Of a DNA stretch of 64,000 nt, positions 9,021-19,239 are shown piece by piece (positions within the stretch are counted from its first letter, which is position 1; each line of letters opens with the position of its first letter). The stretch lies in IMG/VR virus record IMGVR_UViG_3300026488_000010. One strand, given 5' to 3'. The notes beneath the pieces were generated by a model that was given only the letters and a program-made list of their open reading frames with translations, was not told the DNA's origin and did no database searches. Source of the DNA: a virus. Position numbers and translations under genes: made by a program.

Positions 9021-11315
9021 ATGATAAGTATAGTACAAACAAAAGTGTTAGATATTTTTAGCACTGATTCAAAAACACTTGGTTATTTAAATAGAAGATT
9101 AGATTTATCAGATGATGAATTTTTAGCAGCTGCTACAAAACAGCGTCCATCAAATAAAAAATTAAAAGATTATATTTCTGATCGTAGAATACATATGGAA
9201 CAATTACCAACAGAAGAAAAAACTACAACTGCAAAAGTTGAAACAGTTGAAACAGTTGAAACAGTTAAAGTTGTTGAGACTTCTGATGAAGAAGTTGATT
9301 CAATGTGTCGTGGTGATAAATTTCTTATTGAAGCCTGCGATATTTTTAAAAATGATAAAGGTACTTTAAAACGTATAATGAAAGGTGTTAATGGTGATCT
9401 ATCAGTTCTTGATATTTTATGGTCAGCCAAAGCTGCTCGTCCAAAAAATAAAAAGATATTATCACTTATTGATGCTTATGAAGCATTACAAGAAAAGAAT
9501 GATAGAATCATCAATAAGGTTAAAGAAGATAAAAAGGTTAAAGAAGATTATGAAACACCTATTGAAACAACCACAATTGATTATGATACAAATGAATATA
9601 TTTTATTAGCTCGTGATGTTTTTAAAAATGATAAAAATACTTTAAAAAAAATAGAAAAAGCGATTGAAAGTAAAAAAACAATAAATGATATTCTATTTAT
9701 TGTTGCATCTGCTCGACCTACAAATGTTAGATATGGTAGATTTTGGAACGGTCCTGGTCATGGTAGAAAAGATTTTCCAAATGATCCAACATATGATCCA
9801 ACCAAATTTGAAAATTCTTCTCCAGAAGATAAAACAAAAGAAACAGTTCCTGATTCATATGCAAACACGGCTGGTAAAATTAATCAAGAAGAAGTTGTTG
9901 AATTAACGGAAGCTGAACAAAAAGAAATTCAAGATAAAAAACGCGCAATTGAAGAAGCCGAACAAGCTGAGCGAGATGAAGCAATGTCAATTGAACAAGA
10001 CGCTCGTGACAAAAGAATGGCTGAACAAACTGCATCTAGAGAGCAGATTGAAGAAGAGTCTGAAGAAGATGGTTCGGATGAAGATATTCAATCTGCTAAA
10101 AATTATCGTCCAAAATTTAATAAATATAGTCATCAAAACACTTACAAAAGTGAGAAGCGATATGATGATATTAAATCTGATGATGATGAAGATTATTCTG
10201 ATCTAGTTGAAGAATTTTCTTTAACACGTGAAGCTGGTAAATATGATGATGTCACAGTATCTGAATCAGATGTATCAGAAAAGTTTGGTTTTGACACAAT
10301 TAATGTAAAGGAAAGTCTTCGAGAGATTTTTCAAAATGATAAAGGTACGCTTCGTGGAATTGAAAAGAAAATTCTTTCAGAAACATTAGATGATGATCTT
10401 TTAGAATATGCATTATCAAAGCGTCCAAAAAATAGAAAACTTTTAAATCTTATTGATGCTGTCTCGAATGAAGCAATCAAGATTGAAGAGATTGAAGATG
10501 AAGAAGATGCTAATAAGATTCACGAAGGTACAGCAGAAGCAACAAAATATGCTGCATATGCAGATATGAAAGTGTCTGAAATACCTTATGTTAAAAACGA
10601 TAATCAAAATATCACTATGTATTTAAATGGTGAGATGGAAGTTATAAATAATGAGCATCCAAATTTTCAAAAGATTACTGAATGTTTAGAAGAAGCTAGA
10701 TGGAACGATGTTTTCCCATTATTAGACTTACGTGGAGCAATTTCAAAATTAGTTTATAAACAATTAGAGTTTAAAAATGATAGTTTATATTTTAATGGTG
10801 AAGAACTTGATGGTGCATTAGTTGAATTTATTATTAATATGGCACAACATGGTGCTGATGATATTCAACCGTTTATGAGATTTTTAAATAAGGTTCAAAA
10901 GAACCCATCTGTTAGAGCACAAAAAGAATTATATGGATTCTTACGTTCTGGTAAAATACCTATTACACAAACAGGTAATATTCTAACATATAAACGTATT
11001 AGAAGTAATTGGAAAGATTGCCATTCAAACACCATGGATAATTCTATTGGAAACGTCGTCCGAATGAAAAGATTATCAGTTGATAACAATTCAAGCAATA
11101 CTTGTAGTACAGGGTTGCATGTATGTTCATACTCATACCTTGGAGCATTTGGTGGAGATCGTATTGTTGTATGTGAAGTTCATCCAAGAGATGTTGTTTC
11201 AATCCCAACGGATTATAATAATTCGAAAATGAGATGTTGTAAATATAAAGTTATAAAAGAAGTGTCGAATAATACTACAGATATATTAGCGTTGAAGCCA
11301 GTATATTTCGATTAA
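9021..11315 (+). CDS. rIIB: RIIB-like protein with a long repeat-containing acidic N-terminal extension
   Basis: C-terminal YKRIR...CSTGLHVCSYSY...VCEVHPRDVVSIPTDYNNSKMRCCKYKV; adjacent to rIIA. Confidence 0.85.
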   Translation: MISIVQTKVLDIFSTDSKTLGYLNRRLDLSDDEFLAAATKQRPSNKKLKDYISDRRIHMEQLPTEEKTTTAKVETVETVETVKVVETSDEEVDSMCRGDKFLIEACDIFKNDKGTLKRIMKGVNGDLSVLDILWSAKAARPKNKKILSLIDAYEALQEKNDRIINKVKEDKKVKEDYETPIETTTIDYDTNEYILLARDVFKNDKNTLKKIEKAIESKKTINDILFIVASARPTNVRYGRFWNGPGHGRKDFPNDPTYDPTKFENSSPEDKTKETVPDSYANTAGKINQEEVVELTEAEQKEIQDKKRAIEEAEQAERDEAMSIEQDARDKRMAEQTASREQIEEESEEDGSDEDIQSAKNYRPKFNKYSHQNTYKSEKRYDDIKSDDDEDYSDLVEEFSLTREAGKYDDVTVSESDVSEKFGFDTINVKESLREIFQNDKGTLRGIEKKILSETLDDDLLEYALSKRPKNRKLLNLIDAVSNEAIKIEEIEDEEDANKIHEGTAEATKYAAYADMKVSEIPYVKNDNQNITMYLNGEMEVINNEHPNFQKITECLEEARWNDVFPLLDLRGAISKLVYKQLEFKNDSLYFNGEELDGALVEFIINMAQHGADDIQPFMRFLNKVQKNPSVRAQKELYGFLRSGKIPITQTGNILTYKRIRSNWKDCHSNTMDNSIGNVVRMKRLSVDNNSSNTCSTGLHVCSYSYLGAFGGDRIVVCEVHPRDVVSIPTDYNNSKMRCCKYKVIKEVSNNTTDILALKPVYFD

Positions 11316-11321
11316 AAATAC

Positions 11322-11367
11322 AAAACGATCTTTATCGATAAAGATCGTTTTAGTTAATATAGAAATA
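11322..11367. promoter_or_regulatory. 30-bp perfect palindrome plus conserved 15-mer GTTAATATAGAAATA
   Basis: AAAACGATCTTTATCGATAAAGATCGTTTT at 11322-11351; 15-mer at 11353-11367. Confidence 0.6.
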
Positions 11368-11411
11368 CAGAAAATCATCTGTATTTCCCAAAAATTAAAA
11401 TAGGAGTTAAG

Positions 11412-14120
11412 ATGATCATTCATGAGACATCAGGAGAAGTAAAAATTTCAGGCGCATTAGAGCAAACAGAGTTCAAGGTTAAGACAGATGATGGTAAAAT
11501 GTTCCACATTCTATCAAATCTATATTCGAATCCACTAGGTGCTGTTGTAAGAGAGTTAAGTACAAATTGTAATGACGGTCACAAAATTGCAGGGTGTGAA
11601 GAAAGATCTTTTGATATCATTCTACCAGGTAGAATGGATATGGGAAATTTTATTAAATTTAGAGATTATGGACCGGGTATGCCACATGATGTTGTAATGT
11701 CTATATTTACAACATTTGGTGAAAGTACTAAATCTGATTCAAATATTGAAACTGGTTGTTTAGGTTTAGGTTCTAAATCGCCATTGGCAATTACAGATTC
11801 ATTTACAGTTACAAGTATTAATGACGGTCGTAAAACTGTTTATACTGTTTCTAAAGATGCACATAAAAGACCTATGCTTACAATGTTTGGTGCAAATGAT
11901 ACAGATGAAGAGAATGGTCTATTAATTACTGTACCATTAACTGATCATTATTCATCTAATGTTGCAAATGAGATTTCTGAGCAACTAAAATTTTTTAAAA
12001 CTAAACCTCGCGTATTACGTGGTGATAAAGTATTGGATTGGGAATGGGAAAATAATGAGAGATTCATTAAGGTTACTGATCAAATATTTATTCGTACAAT
12101 TGGTAATGATAAAGAATCTAATATTATTCAAGGTGAGGTTGGCTATTCGTTTTCAGCATCAGTTCTTAAAAGATCATTAAAAGTTAACTCAGCTATTCCA
12201 TATTTAAAAAATAAAGGTTTAGATGTTTCAGATGAAACAATGTCAATGTTATCAAAATTCTTTGATAATTTTGAATTTAGAATTTATATGCCAATGGGTT
12301 CTGTTTCATTTGCACCTTCGCGTGAAGAGTTAATTTATGATGATGTTACGTCTCAAAATATTCTTAGTCATTTTTTAAATGCTATATCATATATTGATAA
12401 AACATATATTGAGATATATAAAAAAATTGAATGTGATTATCAAATGAAAAAAGTTCGTCAAAATTCACAATCATTGTTTGCAGATGCTAATTATACTGAG
12501 GATCAAAAAAAGTTTTTAAACTTAGTTGGTTTTTCATTTGCATCTGAAACTAGTTCAAATCTAGTTATGTCTAATGGGAAATCACCGAGAACCAATTTGC
12601 CACGATTAGATCGTCTAACATATATTGAAGATATTTTAGAAATGAAAACAATTACTCCTGATCACAGGAGTGTAAAAATATATTCAATGATTAGAAAAGT
12701 GAAGCAGTGGAGAGATAAAACAAAATATGATTTAGAATGTGAAAATATTCATAACTATATTGACGTTAGTGATTACAAGAATATTAAAATTATTTTTATA
12801 AATAAAGACACAAAATTTTATAAAAAGCATCTGACAAATTATATGTTATCACATATGGATGATCGTCGTACAAATGGTGATAATTGGTCAGATATTCCAA
12901 GTGTCTTTTATGTAAAATTAGAACAGGTTACTCAAGCACATATTGATGAAATGGTTGATAAATGTGGATTAACATCTGATAACATATTACCATTTTTAGA
13001 TGTTATTAAAGTGTCGCAAGCATTTATTGATAGTGGTAAAGCGCCAGCAAAATTAGTTCTATCTAAACCAAAAACGTTGCGCCATGCATATTCAAATAGA
13101 ATGACAAGTTCTATTGGTGACTGGACAATGTTTGAGACAAATACTGTTGCAATTAAAGATGAGTTAGAAGGTTGTTATATTGAAACATTTAATAATAAAA
13201 TAACTTTTGATCAAATTAATAGAGTTCCCGGATTAAAAGAAAAATTAGCAAATGTGTTAAAGTATGATGTTTCAAATATTAATCAGATAAAAAATACAAT
13301 CATGCTATTAAATCATATGGGTGCAAACATTCCAACTTTTGAAGTTTATGCTGGACATGAAAAGAATTTTAAAAAGACAAAATTAAAATCATTTTTTGAA
13401 ATGTTAGGCGAAAAGATTGATGATTTAAGAGAACGTAATGGTGTAAGTGCACTATTTTACACTACAAAAACTTTTAATGTTAGCATCGGTAAAACTAGAG
13501 ATACAGAATCATTTTTTGAGAAAATAGATATGATGCATGGTTCTATAAAAATGATTTTAAATAATCATCAAATTAGTGCAAATAAATTAATAAAAACATA
13601 CCATGAAACTGCAGCATTAGCATTGGAAAAATTAAAGAAACCAGATGAGTGCTTATATTTAGATGATCATGAATTATTGCGATTATATAAAATGGAATTA
13701 AATGCAACAACAGGTGATAGTAGAGTTCGCGAATTATTATCAAATTGTGGACTACTAGATTCATTTAATGCCCGTAAAAAGTTTGAAGAAGCATTAGATG
13801 TAAAATTTAATATGGAAGATATTAATATTACAGTTGAAAATTTTGTGAGCAAATACTCTCTTAAAAAAATGTATCAATCACTTGATTATACATATATGTA
13901 TTATTCAAGTTTAAATGCTTCTGAAATGATAAAATTATTTTCAGATATATACACAATAATTAATAAAAAGGATTATATAGATGAGACATTTCCAAATATT
14001 AGTACTTTGATGGTTAAAGAACCTGATCATGTATTAGATAACGATGAAGATGAAACTGATGCAGCAATCAATAGACATGATCTTGATGCAGAGAAAGCAG
14101 AGAAAGCAGTTGCTGAATAA
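11412..14120 (+). CDS. rIIA: RIIA-like protein (N-terminal GHKL ATPase)
   Basis: LYSNPLGAVVRELSTNCND, RDYGPGM, FGESTK, GCLGLGSKSP; paired with rIIB. Confidence 0.85.
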   Translation: MIIHETSGEVKISGALEQTEFKVKTDDGKMFHILSNLYSNPLGAVVRELSTNCNDGHKIAGCEERSFDIILPGRMDMGNFIKFRDYGPGMPHDVVMSIFTTFGESTKSDSNIETGCLGLGSKSPLAITDSFTVTSINDGRKTVYTVSKDAHKRPMLTMFGANDTDEENGLLITVPLTDHYSSNVANEISEQLKFFKTKPRVLRGDKVLDWEWENNERFIKVTDQIFIRTIGNDKESNIIQGEVGYSFSASVLKRSLKVNSAIPYLKNKGLDVSDETMSMLSKFFDNFEFRIYMPMGSVSFAPSREELIYDDVTSQNILSHFLNAISYIDKTYIEIYKKIECDYQMKKVRQNSQSLFADANYTEDQKKFLNLVGFSFASETSSNLVMSNGKSPRTNLPRLDRLTYIEDILEMKTITPDHRSVKIYSMIRKVKQWRDKTKYDLECENIHNYIDVSDYKNIKIIFINKDTKFYKKHLTNYMLSHMDDRRTNGDNWSDIPSVFYVKLEQVTQAHIDEMVDKCGLTSDNILPFLDVIKVSQAFIDSGKAPAKLVLSKPKTLRHAYSNRMTSSIGDWTMFETNTVAIKDELEGCYIETFNNKITFDQINRVPGLKEKLANVLKYDVSNINQIKNTIMLLNHMGANIPTFEVYAGHEKNFKKTKLKSFFEMLGEKIDDLRERNGVSALFYTTKTFNVSIGKTRDTESFFEKIDMMHGSIKMILNNHQISANKLIKTYHETAALALEKLKKPDECLYLDDHELLRLYKMELNATTGDSRVRELLSNCGLLDSFNARKKFEEALDVKFNMEDINITVENFVSKYSLKKMYQSLDYTYMYYSSLNASEMIKLFSDIYTIINKKDYIDETFPNISTLMVKEPDHVLDNDEDETDAAINRHDLDAEKAEKAVAE

Positions 14121-14129
14121 AGGAAAAAT

Positions 14130-16130
14130 ATGATTGATACACAACAAGAGGAATCGTTGGATTCTATTAATTTTAAAATGACTTCTGCGAACCAGAATAT
14201 TTTATTATTGGAAAAAGTTGTGCAACAAGTTCAGTTAGAAATAACTGAGTGCACAACCAATTTAGCATTATTAGATGATGTTAAAAATATTTTAACGATT
14301 CTAAAGAATCAGAAAATGGAAAGTAAAAAAGAGTTTATTTTAACTACTATAAATACAGCATTAGAAGATGTATTTGATCAAGGAATTAAAATAGATATTG
14401 AAGCAACATCTGCTACAAGTTCTGGAAAGATAAATATGAAATATGATATCGTTCTTTATCAGAATGGCATTGAGATGGCACGCAATGAAAAACTTCTTGG
14501 AAACAATGGTGGAGGAGTGTTAAGTTTTATTAGTATATTATTTAAGGTGCTTGTTGGTTATATTTATTCTGATAATAAATTCTTTTTATTTGATGAATCA
14601 ATATCTCAAGTGTCTCCACTATATAGACCAAGGCTTGCACAATTCTTACAAAAGTTTTGTCAAGAATATGATTTCACTTTAGTGCTTGTATCTCAAACAG
14701 ATGATATTGATGAGCATGCAGATCTTGTATATTTATTAGATGGTAAATTTGATAAAAATAATGTACCAGTATTAGAGATTGATAAAATAATTGGAGATTA
14801 TCCACAAGACAAATATGTTTATACGAAAATTGAAAATTTTCAATCTATTGTTCAACTTGAGTTTCGATATAAAGGGTTTACTGTTGTTAGAGGTAATAAT
14901 AATATTGGTAAGTCTGCAAGTTTTAGAGCAGTTAATGCTCTATTGTTTAATACTTTTGATGCTAAGGATCATCCTAGAAAAAAACGTCCTCGTGGTGCAG
15001 AAACAAAAATATTGTTTGGTAAAATGGACTTAGAAGCAGAAGTTGAAAATAATACAATTGCTTTAACATTTAAATCAAATAAGGTTGTATATCAGTTTGA
15101 TGATTTAACATTTACCGGAAAAACACTTGCTTTTGAGAAAGTAAAAGAAAAGGTTGAATCTATTGGATTTAAATATGTTAATTTAAAAGAAACATATAAA
15201 AATTTTAAAGGTAATCTAAAAGATCAAACTGAACGATTAGCGATGACAACACAACATGATGGATTTTATTTAGTTGGTAATAAAGCATCAGAGACTGAAA
15301 AGGTATTTAACTTTTTATTTGATAGTACTGATGTTGCAAATGCAATTGCTCAAGTGCAAATTGATATTTTATCAGATACAAATAAATTAAATGCAGCAAC
15401 TGATAAAATGGTATTGAATAAAAGAGAATTGCAAAAAAATAGATTAACATATGACTTATATGTTTATAAATACTTTAGTCATTTAATAATTGCATATACC
15501 TACGATTTACACGCGATACAAGTTGATAGACATAAAATGTCTACATATAACGATTTAATTGGTTTTATCAATGGTTATGTGATGATTACTAACGGTGTAA
15601 TTGAATTGAATTGTTCTAAGTATGATTTAACCACATTAAAAGATTCGGAAGTTTTTAAAAAATTGGATACTGTAAATTCTATTATATCTCAAATTGAACC
15701 TTTACATATGATATTACATTTTATTAATGAAAAGATTTTATATGAACGAGATAATCATCGACTCGTTGAGATCAATAAATTCTTTGCAGATTTAAATATT
15801 TTAGAATCAGCAAAACATGAGATTGATGCATATCAATATTATATTGATGCAATTGCTAATTATCAATTATTATTAATTCCTGATGATACTAAAGAAGTTC
15901 TAGAATCAAAAGTTCAAAAACTATCTGAAATTATTAGCGAAAAAGATTTTTATGATATGTTATCATCTAAGCTTAATTATTATAAACTTGATCGATTAGA
16001 GATGGATCGATTAGTTGATGAATATCAACGGGTGGCAAATGAATTATCAAATAATGATAAAATATTCGGAATAGAAGAATGTACTTGTTGTAACGGTACA
16101 GGATATAAACATATAGATCAAGGAAATTAA
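14130..16130 (+). CDS. Rad50/SbcC (T4 gp46-like) SMC ATPase, apparently circularly permuted
   Basis: Signature-like NNGGG (~aa 124) and Walker B FLFDE (D155) precede IENFQSI and Walker A GNNNIGKS (aa 255); coiled coil; terminal CTCC (aa 651-654). Confidence 0.8.
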   Translation: MIDTQQEESLDSINFKMTSANQNILLLEKVVQQVQLEITECTTNLALLDDVKNILTILKNQKMESKKEFILTTINTALEDVFDQGIKIDIEATSATSSGKINMKYDIVLYQNGIEMARNEKLLGNNGGGVLSFISILFKVLVGYIYSDNKFFLFDESISQVSPLYRPRLAQFLQKFCQEYDFTLVLVSQTDDIDEHADLVYLLDGKFDKNNVPVLEIDKIIGDYPQDKYVYTKIENFQSIVQLEFRYKGFTVVRGNNNIGKSASFRAVNALLFNTFDAKDHPRKKRPRGAETKILFGKMDLEAEVENNTIALTFKSNKVVYQFDDLTFTGKTLAFEKVKEKVESIGFKYVNLKETYKNFKGNLKDQTERLAMTTQHDGFYLVGNKASETEKVFNFLFDSTDVANAIAQVQIDILSDTNKLNAATDKMVLNKRELQKNRLTYDLYVYKYFSHLIIAYTYDLHAIQVDRHKMSTYNDLIGFINGYVMITNGVIELNCSKYDLTTLKDSEVFKKLDTVNSIISQIEPLHMILHFINEKILYERDNHRLVEINKFFADLNILESAKHEIDAYQYYIDAIANYQLLLIPDDTKEVLESKVQKLSEIISEKDFYDMLSSKLNYYKLDRLEMDRLVDEYQRVANELSNNDKIFGIEECTCCNGTGYKHIDQGN

Positions 16131-16775
16131 ATGTTGAATTCTAAAAAAGTTTTATTTGTATTGGCACATTATGATGATGAATCATTTAGCGCTGGTACAA
16201 TTAAAAAAATGGTGGATGCTGGTATAGAAGTATCAGTATTAATTATATGTGGTAATGGTGCAGTATTAAATGATCCTAGGCGCAATATATTTTCGAAAAA
16301 TATTGAACATGTTTTACAATGTCAAGCAGGTGCAATTGGATATTTCGATTTAACTCTTAATAATTTAAGTAATGATGTTCGAATGAAAATGGAAGAAAGT
16401 GTTAGGGATTATATATATTCATATGCTCCTGATACCATCATTACGAATAATAGTACTGATTTACATAATGATCATAAATTTGTATCTGAGATGGTTCGTA
16501 TCATCTCAAGACCTAGTCAAGAACATAACATAAAAAACCTATATGAATGTTATATTCCAGGAGCAACTGAATATGGTGCAGGTACAAATGAATTCACATG
16601 TATTGTGAATGTTTCAAATGAATTACCATATAGAGACACATGTATAGGTAATTATGATTTACCTCATAGAGGTCTTACTAATCAAGCAGGCGCAAGAATA
16701 ACTGCTCAATATTTTGGAGCATTAAATTCTTGTCATGCTGCAGAGATTTTTAAACCTATATATACAAAACAATAA
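16131..16775 (+). CDS. PIG-L/LmbE family deacetylase
   Basis: VLAHYDDE and DLHNDH metal-binding motifs. Confidence 0.85.
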   Translation: MLNSKKVLFVLAHYDDESFSAGTIKKMVDAGIEVSVLIICGNGAVLNDPRRNIFSKNIEHVLQCQAGAIGYFDLTLNNLSNDVRMKMEESVRDYIYSYAPDTIITNNSTDLHNDHKFVSEMVRIISRPSQEHNIKNLYECYIPGATEYGAGTNEFTCIVNVSNELPYRDTCIGNYDLPHRGLTNQAGARITAQYFGALNSCHAAEIFKPIYTKQ

Positions 16776-16784
16776 AGGATAATA

Positions 16785-17528
16785 ATGTTTGATACTGATA
16801 TAAAAGAAATTATTGATGCTATTGATGAGAATTGTTTTATAACATCTGATGATCATTTTGGTCATAAATCAATATTTGATTTCCAACCTCATCGTAAAAA
16901 TTTAATGTTAAAAGATGGATGTAATATTGAAGGATTATATCCTGATGATTTATTAAAGGCACATGATGACTGGATGGTTAAAAAATTTAATTCGGCTGTA
17001 TCTAAAGATGATGTCACTTTATTTTTGGGTGATTTTGCATTTAAAGGTTTAAACATTGCTAAGAGATTAAACGGTTTTAAAATTTTAATATTGGGAAACC
17101 ATGATAGAAAGGGTGATCAAGTTTATGCACAGGCAGGTTTTGATTATGTAATCAGAGGTTTAGTGATAGAGGATAATCAAAAGATTTTTCATGCAACATC
17201 AAAAGATAAACTATTTAGTGCTTTAGTAAAAAATATAAATGGCTTTAGAATATTATTTAATCATTATCCACCAGATGATAGAGAATACAGACATCAGAAA
17301 GATGACGATGGTAAATTAATTTTATCTAAACCATCACCAATGAATCCTAGAATAGATGAAGCAATTGATGCTTATGATTATTATGATTGTGATTTAGCAA
17401 TGCATGGTCACACACATGGGAAATGTCCAGTTCTGGAAACAACAAATATGCTTAATGTTTGTCGAGATAATAATGATTGTGTACCTGTTAGGATTGGAGA
17501 TATAATGAATGGAGTAAAGTATGATTAA
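16785..17528 (+). CDS. Calcineurin-like metallophosphoesterase
   Basis: SDDHFGH, LGDFAF, GNHD, HYP, HGHTH. Confidence 0.85.
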   Translation: MFDTDIKEIIDAIDENCFITSDDHFGHKSIFDFQPHRKNLMLKDGCNIEGLYPDDLLKAHDDWMVKKFNSAVSKDDVTLFLGDFAFKGLNIAKRLNGFKILILGNHDRKGDQVYAQAGFDYVIRGLVIEDNQKIFHATSKDKLFSALVKNINGFRILFNHYPPDDREYRHQKDDDGKLILSKPSPMNPRIDEAIDAYDYYDCDLAMHGHTHGKCPVLETTNMLNVCRDNNDCVPVRIGDIMNGVKYD

Positions 17529-17973
17529 ACATATAAAAATAGATAGAGATAAATTATTAGATGAAGCAATATTTATGTTATTGGAAGCTCGTCGTAAATG
17601 TCACGAAGGATTTTCACCTACCGCGATAGATAGATTAGATTTAGCAATTGATAAATCAAAAAAAGTTATTGATTATCTAAATGATAAGTTCGATTCGTCA
17701 AATTACCCAACTGCCCAAAAATTGATTGAAGATAATATTATTTCTAAACAATCAAATGGTAAACCAGAAGTTGGTGACCATGTTGGTTTTCATATTAATT
17801 ATGGAAGACAAGGTGGAGTTGATACATTAACTGGTATAGTGAAAGAAATAATCAAAACTCCTAATGATATAGATAATGAATTTGTATATACATATAAGAT
17901 AACATATTATAGAAATGATAGAAAAAACACAGTTACTAGATCACCTAAAGATCTAATATTTTTTAGAGATTAA
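17521..17973 (+). CDS. Hypothetical protein
   Basis: GGAG RBS; overlaps the previous ORF. Confidence 0.55.
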   Translation: MIKHIKIDRDKLLDEAIFMLLEARRKCHEGFSPTAIDRLDLAIDKSKKVIDYLNDKFDSSNYPTAQKLIEDNIISKQSNGKPEVGDHVGFHINYGRQGGVDTLTGIVKEIIKTPNDIDNEFVYTYKITYYRNDRKNTVTRSPKDLIFFRD

Positions 17974-17974
17974 A

Positions 17975-18220
17975 ATGGAATATACTGTTTTAAAATCAAA
18001 AGAATTATATGATAATGATTTGATGGGTTATGGTAAATCTTTAAATGGTAAAGTAAAAGAATTTATAGAAAATGGTTGGGTCCCTCAAGGTGGAGTATCA
18101 ACTATGTACCAGGATACAAAATTAGATTATTCAACACCAAGTGGTGGAATTACAAAATTTAAACCAAATGTTGAATATTTACAAGCAATGATAAAACATT
18201 CAAGAAAGGGTAAATTTTGA
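17975..18220 (+). CDS. DUF1737-like small protein
   Basis: YTVL...LNGKVKEFIENGWVPQGGVS...QAMIK pattern. Confidence 0.55.
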   Translation: MEYTVLKSKELYDNDLMGYGKSLNGKVKEFIENGWVPQGGVSTMYQDTKLDYSTPSGGITKFKPNVEYLQAMIKHSRKGKF

Positions 18221-19230
18221 GTATAACATTAGAACAATCAATGTGTAATCATATTTATGATAAAAATGGTTATTGTAATTTATGTGGTTACATAAACCTT
18301 ATGCATAAACAATTGAATGAAATCGTTTGGGACAAATTAGATATTACATTTGAAAAAGAAAAACGATTAAGAGTTGATTACATATCAGATTTACATACTG
18401 ATTTCTGGGTCGATTGTTTAAATAAACAATCCCCTAAATTTGATATTGAAATCGATGAATTTGTAGACATGCTTAAACCACAAAAAGGTCGCGTATTATT
18501 ATTAGGTGGTGATCAAGGACATTATTTTCAACAAGATTCTGAAGTGATTTTAAAACTTAAAAAATATTATGATCATATTTTGATAGTTATGGGAAATCAT
18601 GATATGTATCTGGAGAGTGGAAAACAAGAGAAAAAGTATAGATGGGATTCAATGAATCGTTTATTTGAGATGGAAACTTTTTGTGATGCACATGATGGAA
18701 TACATTATATGGATGGCAAAATTATAGAAATTGATGAATTTAAATTTGGTGGAATCGGTATGTGGCACGACAACACTTACGGATTAACATTAGGATATTC
18801 TCCAGAAAAAATAGATGAAGCATATTATAAATTAATGAATGATTCGAAATATATTTTTGTTGATGGGAAAAAGAACTATTCTATACCATACGGTTATGGT
18901 GGTGTCGATCACATTAGACATTTTAAACCTTTAGAACGATATAAAAAACAACGTGCGAAATTAGATAGAATGTCTGAATGTCATGTAATGTTAACACATT
19001 ATGGCCCAAAAGTTCCAGAGGAACTACCTTTTGAATTTCAAGATATTGATACATCATATTATTATTTTGATGGTTTAGAAGATATTAAAAGGTTAAAACC
19101 TCATTATTGGGTTCATGGTCACACACATACAACATCACAAGAGTTAGTAGGTGGAACAAAAATTCTCACAAATGCGTTAGGTCGCCCAAGTGAAAATAGA
19201 TACACAATAATAAAATCATTTTATCTTTAG
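18217..19230 (+). CDS. Calcineurin-like metallophosphoesterase
   Basis: SDLH, GGD, GNHD, THYGP, HGHTH; the TTG start is uncertain. Confidence 0.85.
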   Translation: MSITLEQSMCNHIYDKNGYCNLCGYINLMHKQLNEIVWDKLDITFEKEKRLRVDYISDLHTDFWVDCLNKQSPKFDIEIDEFVDMLKPQKGRVLLLGGDQGHYFQQDSEVILKLKKYYDHILIVMGNHDMYLESGKQEKKYRWDSMNRLFEMETFCDAHDGIHYMDGKIIEIDEFKFGGIGMWHDNTYGLTLGYSPEKIDEAYYKLMNDSKYIFVDGKKNYSIPYGYGGVDHIRHFKPLERYKKQRAKLDRMSECHVMLTHYGPKVPEELPFEFQDIDTSYYYFDGLEDIKRLKPHYWVHGHTHTTSQELVGGTKILTNALGRPSENRYTIIKSFYL

Positions 19231-19239
19231 GAGGAATAT

